A stretch of DNA of 26,288 bases, taken from the NCBI GenBank assembly GCA_049472355.1, contig JBLIRP010000055.1, positions 1 to 26,288 on the forward strand, written 5' to 3'. The notes beneath the pieces were generated by a model. It made no database searches, was not told the origin of the DNA, and was given only the letters and a program-made list of their open reading frames with translations. The DNA is from a bacterium. Its GTDB lineage: Bacteria > SZUA-182 > DTGQ01 > JAFGSM01. Below, in pieces: positions 19,263 through 26,288 of the stretch. The position numbers and the translations under genes were made by a program. The first letter of the stretch is position 1, and each line of letters opens with the position of its first letter.

Positions 19263-20603
19263 CTATTGGGCTCCTGCCGCATCCATGGAGAAGTTGACTT
19301 CCTCAGCCTGATCGCCGAACACCCGTTTGAAGATCGTGTTCACGTGCTGCAGGTGATAGTGCAGGGAAAAGGCATTTTCCAGATCGCCCTTGGTGAGGAC
19401 ATCCCTTACGGATGGGTCCCTTTCCAGGGATGCCTTGAACTCCCCTCTCCGCTGCCATCCCTTCATGGCATTTCGTTGAACGACGCCGTAGGCATCCTCC
19501 CTGCTCATCCCCCTCTTCACCAATTCCAGGAGCACCCGCTGGGAAAAGATCAGCCCGCCGGTGAGCTCCAGGTTTTCCCTCATACGCTCCGGATAGACCA
19601 GGAGGTTCTCCATGAGCCGGGTAAAGCGGGCAAGCATATGGTCGAGGAGGATGGTGGTATCAGGGCATATGATCCGTTCCACGGAGGAGTGGCTGATATC
19701 ACGCTCATGCCACAGGGCCACGTTCTCCAGGGCGGCCTGGGCATTGGACCTGACCAGGCGGGCGAGCCCGCAGATCTGCTCCGACACCACCGGATTCCGC
19801 TTGTGAGGCATCGCCGAAGACCCCTTTTGCCCGGGGGTGAAACACTCCTCCACCTCGAGCACCTCCGTTCGTTGAAGATGACGGATCTCCAGGGCGAATT
19901 TGTCGAGCGAGGAGGCGATGATCGCCAGGGTGACAAAGAATTCGGCCAACCGGTCCCTCTGGATGATCTGGGTTGAAACGGAGGCCGGGGTGAGCCCCAG
20001 ATGATCACATACATATGCCTCTATCTCTGGGGGGCAGTTGGCGAAGGTCCCTACGGCGCCGGAGATCTTTCCCACCCTCACGGCATCCCGCGCCCTCTCC
20101 AGACGGGTCACATTCCTTTCCATCTCGGCATACCAGAGTGCCATCTTGAGTCCGAAGGTGATGGGCTCGGCATGCACGCCGTGGGAACGACCGATCATGG
20201 CCGCCAGGCGATACTGAAATGCCTTTTTCTCGAGCACATCGAGCAGGGCCCTGCAATCCCCGATCAGGATGTCCGCTGCCTGGGTAAGCTGGACGCCCAG
20301 GCAGGTATCCAGGACATCCGAGGAGGTCATTCCCATATGGATGAACCGCGCATGCTCCCCCACCCGCTCAGAAACAGAGGTGAGGAAGGCAATGACGTCG
20401 TGCTTGACCTCGTGCTCGATCTCGTCGATACGTTGGATGTCGAATCCCGCCTTCTCCTTGATGACCGCCAAGGCCTTCTCGGGCACGACACCCATTCGTG
20501 CCCAGGCCTCACAGGCGAGGATCTCGATTTGGAGCCAGATCCGGAACTTGTTCTCAGGCTCCCAGATGCGCCCCATCTCGGGCCGTGTATAGCGTTCTAT
20601 CAT
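19263..20603 (-). CDS. purB: Adenylosuccinate lyase
   Basis: MIERYTRPEM, KHDVIAF, TSSDVLDT, GRSHGVHAEP, GSSAMPHKRNP signature, WHERDISHSSVER. Confidence 0.98.
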   Translation of the reverse strand: MIERYTRPEMGRIWEPENKFRIWLQIEILACEAWARMGVVPEKALAVIKEKAGFDIQRIDEIEHEVKHDVIAFLTSVSERVGEHARFIHMGMTSSDVLDTCLGVQLTQAADILIGDCRALLDVLEKKAFQYRLAAMIGRSHGVHAEPITFGLKMALWYAEMERNVTRLERARDAVRVGKISGAVGTFANCPPEIEAYVCDHLGLTPASVSTQIIQRDRLAEFFVTLAIIASSLDKFALEIRHLQRTEVLEVEECFTPGQKGSSAMPHKRNPVVSEQICGLARLVRSNAQAALENVALWHERDISHSSVERIICPDTTILLDHMLARFTRLMENLLVYPERMRENLELTGGLIFSQRVLLELVKRGMSREDAYGVVQRNAMKGWQRRGEFKASLERDPSVRDVLTKGDLENAFSLHYHLQHVNTIFKRVFGDQAEEVNFSMDAAGAQ

Positions 20604-20651
20604 CCTGTCCCCCGATACGTTTTCGATCCATGGATACGAACCCGCACCTGC

Positions 20652-21458
20652 TCAGCAACATCCGGATTCCTGCACGTCCTCGCCCACGAGGATGGGATCG
20701 GTGACACGGTCCTGCCCGGCGACCCGGACCTGGATGTGATGACAATCGTTTTTCTGGAGCACCCTCAGGGCATTGAGATGCGCCATCTCCTCCTGGTTGT
20801 TGACCTGGCTCAGGTGCGCCAGCACCACGTGGCTGAGATCGCTGTGCAAGAGGTCCGACAGGAGGATTGAGGAATCCTCGTTGGAGAGGTGTCCGAACAT
20901 CCCCTTGATCCGCTGCTTGAGCCACCAGGGATAGGGGCCGCGCACCAGCATGCCGGGATCGTGGTTTGATTCGAGGATGAGGCAATGGGACCCCCGGAGG
21001 GATTCCCTCACCAGATGCGTGGTTTTTCCCAGGTCGGTCGCCACCCCCAGCTTTGCCCCTCCGCTGTGGATGCAGAAGCCGACCGGATCGGCGGCATCAT
21101 GGAGCACGGAGAAGGATTCGAAGGTAATATCCTGGATGTCGAAGTGTTTGCCCGGGGAAAAGGTGTGTACGTTCCTGAACCGGCTCCCCTTGTCATGCTT
21201 GATGGCGTCCCATGTCCCCCGGCTGAGGTAAACGGGAATGTCGAGCCGCTTGCTGAGGGTCTCCAGCCCCCTCAGGTGGTCTGCGTGCTCATGGGATATC
21301 ACCACCCCGTGCAGCTCCTCGGGGCTGATCCCTATCGAGGAGAGCCGCCGTAAGATCTCCCGGCAACTGAATCCCGCATCGATGAGCACCCTGGCCCTGG
21401 ACGATGCCACCAGCGTAGCGTTGCCGGAACTCCCGCTTCCCAGTACACAGATCCTCAC
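20652..21458 (-). CDS. MBL-fold metallo-hydrolase, YycJ/WalJ-like
   Basis: LGSGSSGN, IDAG, SHEHADH, HDAADP, ATDLG, LESNHD, GHLSN, LAHLS; GTG start. Confidence 0.9.
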   Translation of the reverse strand: MRICVLGSGSSGNATLVASSRARVLIDAGFSCREILRRLSSIGISPEELHGVVISHEHADHLRGLETLSKRLDIPVYLSRGTWDAIKHDKGSRFRNVHTFSPGKHFDIQDITFESFSVLHDAADPVGFCIHSGGAKLGVATDLGKTTHLVRESLRGSHCLILESNHDPGMLVRGPYPWWLKQRIKGMFGHLSNEDSSILLSDLLHSDLSHVVLAHLSQVNNQEEMAHLNALRVLQKNDCHHIQVRVAGQDRVTDPILVGEDVQESGCC

Positions 21459-21484
21459 TCCCCGCTCCCCCCTCCCCGCATCGT

Positions 21485-21934
21485 TCAGGTCCCGGTATGG
21501 CCGAATCCGCCATCCATCCTCTCGGAATCGGGCAGGTCGCTCACCTCTTCCCAGGATGCAGTAATGACCGGTTGAATGACCATCTGTGCGATCCGGTCCC
21601 CCCGTTTGACCTCAAACGGCAGGTGCCCGAGATTGATGAGAATGACCCGTATCTCACCCCGGTAATCCGCGTCAATGGTACCGGGGGTGTTCAGAAGACC
21701 GATGCCGTGCTTGAGCGCCAGCCCGCTCCGGGGGCGTATCTGTGCCTCGTACCCGGTGGGGATCGCGATGGCGACACCGGTGGGTATAACCGCCCGTTCC
21801 CCCGGCGATATGCTCACGGTCTGCGGCACTGCTGCAAAGATGTCCATCCCCGATGCATGCGAGGTCATATAGGTCGGATAGGGGATGTCATGGTTCCCTG
21901 CGAGTCGTTTTATGGAAATGTTGAGTCGATGCAT
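21485..21934 (-). CDS. dut: dUTP diphosphatase
   Basis: [36 protein letters not shown] (dUTPase motifs 1-5). Confidence 0.97.
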   Translation of the reverse strand: MHRLNISIKRLAGNHDIPYPTYMTSHASGMDIFAAVPQTVSISPGERAVIPTGVAIAIPTGYEAQIRPRSGLALKHGIGLLNTPGTIDADYRGEIRVILINLGHLPFEVKRGDRIAQMVIQPVITASWEEVSDLPDSERMDGGFGHTGT

Positions 21935-21944
21935 ACGCCTTGTA

Positions 21945-23225
21945 TCAACAGGTCAAGGGCCTCTTCCCGATCGGGACCCCGTTCAGGGGACCGATGGTGG
22001 CCAGATTGAGATACCGTGTATCCATGATCCGATTGGCAAGTGCCGCAATGTCCGCACCGGTGACCTGCTCGATGGCCTCCAATGTCTCGGTGAGGGTGAA
22101 GTGCCGCCCGAAGTACATCTCCTGCTTGGCAATCCTGCTCATGCGATTTATGGTACTTTCCAGCCCGAGCATCATATTTCCCTTGAGCTGATTCTGTGCC
22201 TTCTTCAGCTCATCATCGGGCACACCATGTGCCTTGAGCCTCCGGAACTCCTCCAGGATCAGGTCCGTCACTTCTTCCGCGCTCTCCTTCTTGGTCCCGG
22301 CGTACACCACCAGCATCCCCGCGTCCCGGTACGAGGACCAATATGAATAGACCGCGTAGGCAAGCCCCCTCTCCTCCCGGATGGTCTGAAAAAGGCGGGA
22401 GCTCAATCCGCTTCCCAGTATGGTATTGAGAAGGTACCCGGCATACCGCGCATCATCCGTCTGGGGCAGACCTGCGGTCCCCAGGCAGAGATGCACCTGT
22501 TCCAGCTCCTTCTCCTTCACCGAAATGTGGGGGACAATCCCGGGCGGCGGTTCCATGGGGAATGAATGGGAATCCCGCGCAGCGGGGATGACATCGCGCA
22601 CCATGTCCACGAATTGTTCATGATCCAGATTCCCGGCGGCAGCCAGGATGATCTGCTTCGGCTGGTATGCCTTTTTGTAGTAATCCCTCAGGGTTTTGCA
22701 GGACACGGCTCCCACCGTGGACCGCACCCCGATGATCGGCCTTCCGAGGGGATGCCCCTCCCAGAATCCCTGGGTCAGGAGATCATGGATGTAATCATCA
22801 GGGGTGTCCTCGATGGACCGAATCTCCTCCAGTATCACCGCCCTTTCCCGCTCCAATTCATCCTCGGGAAAGAGGGGATGCAAAAGGATGTCGATCATGA
22901 GGTCCATGGCCTTGGGAAGGGTTTCATCGAGACAGTTTGCCAGAAAGCAGGTGTATTCCCGCGAGGTGAATGCATCGAGGTGACCGCCCATGGAATCGAT
23001 TTCAATGGCGATATCGCGGGCTGAACGACTCGTGGTGCCCTTGAAGAGCATATGCTCGATGAAATGGGTGATCCCGTTCACCGGCTGCGGTTCAACCCTG
23101 GAGCCTCCGATGATCCAGAAACCGAAGGCCACGGAACGTACGAAGGGGAGACGTTCGGTGACCACCCGCATGCCGTTCTCCAGGGTCGATTCCCGATACT
23201 GGCCCGTGAATTCCTCCGGGCTCAA
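21945..23225 (-). CDS. M16 (pitrilysin-family) zinc peptidase
   Basis: Inverted zinc motif [31 protein letters not shown] start overlaps the pnp stop; usual position downstream of pnp. Confidence 0.94.
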   Translation of the reverse strand: MSPEEFTGQYRESTLENGMRVVTERLPFVRSVAFGFWIIGGSRVEPQPVNGITHFIEHMLFKGTTSRSARDIAIEIDSMGGHLDAFTSREYTCFLANCLDETLPKAMDLMIDILLHPLFPEDELERERAVILEEIRSIEDTPDDYIHDLLTQGFWEGHPLGRPIIGVRSTVGAVSCKTLRDYYKKAYQPKQIILAAAGNLDHEQFVDMVRDVIPAARDSHSFPMEPPPGIVPHISVKEKELEQVHLCLGTAGLPQTDDARYAGYLLNTILGSGLSSRLFQTIREERGLAYAVYSYWSSYRDAGMLVVYAGTKKESAEEVTDLILEEFRRLKAHGVPDDELKKAQNQLKGNMMLGLESTINRMSRIAKQEMYFGRHFTLTETLEAIEQVTGADIAALANRIMDTRYLNLATIGPLNGVPIGKRPLTC

Positions 23226-25459
23226 TGGCGTCCCCCGCCGCCGCGGCGCGGATCGCGATCCTGCCGAAAACGTCCTCCATCCCTGGAGTGCGAAGGTCTG
23301 CCCCGGTCGTAACGACGATCCCTGTCATCATGACGCGGGGGGCGAGAATGGGGAGGAGGAGGGACATACCCCTCCGGCTTGGGGAGGAGCTCCTTGTGAC
23401 TCAGTTTCACCTTGCCTTCGGGATCGATGTCGATGACCTTGACCTGGATCTTCTCGCCATCCTTGAGCTCGTCCTCCACCCGTCGTACGAAATTGTAGCT
23501 GATCTCCGTTTTATGGAGGAGCCCGTCGGTGCTGGGGAGGATTTCGACGAAGGCCCCGAACTCGCAGATCTTCTTCACCACCCCTTCGTACACCTTCCCG
23601 ACCTCCGGTTCCTCGATAAGGGCGAGTATTCGGTCCCGGGCCTCCTTGTTCTTGTCCTCCTCGGTGGAGGAGATGGTGACCTTCCCTTCGTCGTCGATAT
23701 CGATCTTCACCCCGGTCTGGTCAATGAGCCCACGGATGGTCTTCCCGCCGGGGCCGATGACCAATCCTATCTTTTCCTTGGGGACCTGGACGAAGAGGAT
23801 CTTTGGTGCGTACTGCGAGATATTCGGCCTGGGGCTCGCCAGCGCCTCCATCATCTTGTCCAGGATGATCATCCTGCCCTCCCGCGCCTGCTTGAGGGCC
23901 TGGGCCATGACCTCCTTGGTCACCCCTGCGATCTTCACATCCATCTGGAAGGCGGTGATCCCCTCCCGGGTCCCGGCCACCTTGAAATCCATATCCCCCA
24001 GGTGGTCCTCCATTCCCATGATATCGCTCAGGATGGCGAATTCATCCCCCTCCTTGACCAGTCCCATGGCAATCCCCGCAACGGGTGAGTGTATAGGAAC
24101 ACCGGCATCCATCAGGGAGAGGGTGCCGCCGCATACCGATGCCATGGACGAGGAACCGTTGGATTCCAGGACATCGGACACGATGCGGATCGTATAGGGA
24201 AAGATCTCCTGAGAGGGGATTACGGCCTGAATGGCCCGTTCAGCAAGGACACCATGCCCGATCTCCCTGCGCCCCGGGGATCCCAGAAACTTCACCTCAC
24301 CCACGCTGAAGGGCGGAAAGTTGTAATGGAGCATAAAGCTCTTGTACCGCTCGCCCAGCAGGTCATCGATCTTTTTCTCATCCTCGGGGGTACCAAGGGT
24401 TGCAATGGCGAGCGCCTGGGTCTCCCCCCGTGTGAACAGGGCGGAGCCATGCGTCCGGGGAAGGATCGCCACGCGTGAATCAATGGGCCTTATTGCGTCC
24501 CAGGCCCTCCCGTCCGGTCTCTTCTTGTGTGAAAGGATCTGGGTGCGGGCGATCTCCTTGGTGACGTCCTCGATGATGTGCTTGACTGCACGCCGGGTCT
24601 CCTGATCCTCCTCGTCGGGGGCGAATTTTTCGACTGCCTGGTCGGTGATCTCGGAAAGCCTGCAGCTTCGTTCCAGCTTCCCAGGGATAAAGATGCCCTC
24701 CTCGATAAGCGGGACGGCAAAGTCCCGCACCTTTTCGACCAGGCCGGGATCGATCGATTTCTCCTCCACCGTTTCCTTGGGCAGGCCGACCTTTTCCCTC
24801 AGCCGTTCCTGCAGGTCGATAATGGGCTGAAGCTGCTCATGGGCAAAGAATATTGCGTTCAGCAGCACCTCTTCGGGCACCTCCTTGGCCATTCCCTCGA
24901 CCATGGTGACCGCATCCCTGGTGCCGGCGACAATGATGTTGATGCTGCTTTCCTCGAGCTGCGTGTAGGTCGGATTGATGATGAATTCGCCCCCGACCAT
25001 CCCGATCCTGACCGCGCCGACCGGCTCCAGAAAGGGGATGGGCGAGATATAGAGTGCACAGGAGGCGCCGATCAGGGAGAGGACATCCGGGTCATTCTCC
25101 TGGTCGGCGGAGAGCACCATGGCGATGACCTGGGTCTCCTTGGAAAATTCCTTTGGGAAAAGGGGACGGATGGGACGATCGATCAACCGCGCGGTGAGGG
25201 TTTCCTTTTCTCCGGGCCTGCCCTCTCGTTTGAAGAATCCGCCCGGAATCTTTCCCGCTGCGTATGATTTTTCCATATAATTGACGGTCAGAGGGAAAAA
25301 ATCGATCCCCTCCCTGCCCTCCTTTGCGCTCACCGCGCTTACCAGCACCACCGTGTCCCCGTATGTGACTGTTGCCGACCCGTTCGCCTGCTTCGCCATC
25401 AGCCCGGTGGTGATGGTTAACGTCCTTCCGCCGAACTCCATTTCAAAAATTTCAACCAT
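23222..25459 (-). CDS. pnp: Polyribonucleotide nucleotidyltransferase (PNPase)
   Basis: GKIPGGFFKREG, RLIDRPIRPLF, FTRGETQ, RREIGHG, ESNGSSSMAS, DMDFKVAG, KH (IGPGGK) and S1 domains; R/G/D-rich tail. Confidence 0.98.
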   Translation of the reverse strand: MVEIFEMEFGGRTLTITTGLMAKQANGSATVTYGDTVVLVSAVSAKEGREGIDFFPLTVNYMEKSYAAGKIPGGFFKREGRPGEKETLTARLIDRPIRPLFPKEFSKETQVIAMVLSADQENDPDVLSLIGASCALYISPIPFLEPVGAVRIGMVGGEFIINPTYTQLEESSINIIVAGTRDAVTMVEGMAKEVPEEVLLNAIFFAHEQLQPIIDLQERLREKVGLPKETVEEKSIDPGLVEKVRDFAVPLIEEGIFIPGKLERSCRLSEITDQAVEKFAPDEEDQETRRAVKHIIEDVTKEIARTQILSHKKRPDGRAWDAIRPIDSRVAILPRTHGSALFTRGETQALAIATLGTPEDEKKIDDLLGERYKSFMLHYNFPPFSVGEVKFLGSPGRREIGHGVLAERAIQAVIPSQEIFPYTIRIVSDVLESNGSSSMASVCGGTLSLMDAGVPIHSPVAGIAMGLVKEGDEFAILSDIMGMEDHLGDMDFKVAGTREGITAFQMDVKIAGVTKEVMAQALKQAREGRMIILDKMMEALASPRPNISQYAPKILFVQVPKEKIGLVIGPGGKTIRGLIDQTGVKIDIDDEGKVTISSTEEDKNKEARDRILALIEEPEVGKVYEGVVKKICEFGAFVEILPSTDGLLHKTEISYNFVRRVEDELKDGEKIQVKVIDIDPEGKVKLSHKELLPKPEGYVPPPPHSRPPRHDDRDRRYDRGRPSHSRDGGRFRQDRDPRRGGGGRH

Positions 25460-25492
25460 TTACTCGTACCTCCACGTCCCTTTTCCTCCATC

Positions 25493-25762
25493 CTATTTTC
25501 TGAGGCCCAGCCTGTCGATGATCGTCTTATATCGACCCATGTCCTTGTCCTTGAGATAATTCAAAAGCCTGCGACGCTGACCGACCAGCTTGAGGAGCCC
25601 TCTGCGGGAATGGTGATCCTTCTTGTGTACCTTGAAATGCTCGGTCAGATACGATATCCTGCCGCTCAATATGGCAATCTGCACCTCCGGTGACCCTGTA
25701 TCCTGCTCATGAAGCTTATAGGTGTTGATGAGTTCTTGTTTTTGTTCCTTGGCGAGTGTCAT
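25493..25762 (-). CDS. rpsO: 30S ribosomal protein S15
   Basis: 89 aa; [42 protein letters not shown]. Confidence 0.99.
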   Translation of the reverse strand: MTLAKEQKQELINTYKLHEQDTGSPEVQIAILSGRISYLTEHFKVHKKDHHSRRGLLKLVGQRRRLLNYLKDKDMGRYKTIIDRLGLRK

Positions 25763-25801
25763 CGCTCCAAACCTCCTTTCCTATGTAAAATACAATAAAT
25801 A

Positions 25802-25830
25802 AATGTATCACACTGCTGCAATAAAGTAAA
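25802..25830 (-). promoter_or_regulatory. Putative sigma70 promoter for rpsO-pnp
   Basis: Minus strand TTTACT-17 nt-TACATT with an extended -10 TG, in an AT-rich intergenic region. Confidence 0.5.
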
Positions 25831-25852
25831 GCATTATCGGGGCTGAATGTCT

Positions 25853-26224
25853 CTATTTCTCGCTGTATTGCGCGCACGCACCGGCCGACTCCCACACCCT
25901 CACCCATTCCACCTCCACCGGTTCCCCCTCAATCCTCTTTTTAAATTCCATAAATATATAGCGGGAGAGATTCTCCGAGGAGGGGTTTTGCTGCGTAAAC
26001 GGCGGGACCTCATTCAGGAAGGCATGGTCGAGCACGGAAAGGATCTCGTCGAGCCATGTCTTCATGACCTTGAAATCGATGCCGATGCCGATCCTGTTCA
26101 GCCGGTCGGTCTTCACCGTCACCTGGACGCGCCAGTTGTGTCCATGGAGTCTTTCGCACTTCCCCTCGTATTCCCTGAGCTGATGGGCCGATGCAAATCC
26201 CGATTCCACCATGAGTCTATACAT
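25853..26224 (-). CDS. queD: 6-carboxytetrahydropterin synthase QueD
   Basis: FASAHQL, KCERLHGHNW (CxxxHGH), IDFK, LDHAFLN, NPSSENL, RVWES. Confidence 0.93.
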   Translation of the reverse strand: MYRLMVESGFASAHQLREYEGKCERLHGHNWRVQVTVKTDRLNRIGIGIDFKVMKTWLDEILSVLDHAFLNEVPPFTQQNPSSENLSRYIFMEFKKRIEGEPVEVEWVRVWESAGACAQYSEK

Positions 26225-26226
26225 GT

Positions 26227-26288
26227 TCACCCCTCGTCAATCCTGCCGATGATCCCCTGTATCTCGGCGAGCAATGCCTGAACCAGTT
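26227..26288 (-). CDS. 3' end of an unidentified upstream gene, truncated by the window edge
   Basis: Open frame ...LVQALLAEIQGIIGRIDEG-stop, ending 2 nt before the queD ATG. Confidence 0.45.
   Translation of the reverse strand, partial: LVQALLAEIQGIIGRIDEG

Overview
GC-rich bacterial chromosomal segment of uncertain taxonomy. The housekeeping backbone is on the minus strand: (partial gene)-queD-rpsO-pnp-M16 peptidase-dut-YycJ/WalJ-like MBL hydrolase-purB, then purS-purQ-purL-purF. Between purB and purS lies a ~14.3 kb accessory block, and purC is absent from the window. The block holds a large secreted protein with Ig/cadherin-like modules (minus strand) and five plus-strand genes: an MBL-fold hydrolase, a SprT-like/DUF2786 zinc protein, a small coiled-coil protein, a WspR-type receiver fused to a class III nucleotide cyclase with guanylyl-cyclase-like specificity residues, and a ~2350-aa NLR/STAND-like protein. 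That last protein has a calcineurin-like metallophosphoesterase, a P-loop NTPase and 29 in-phase 42-aa (126-bp) Cys-containing TPR-like repeats. The NLR-like protein, its repeat array and the neighbouring cyclase are the most interesting items. No rRNA, tRNA, CRISPR array, integrase or transposase was recognised. All family calls come from motif recognition by eye, not from database searches.
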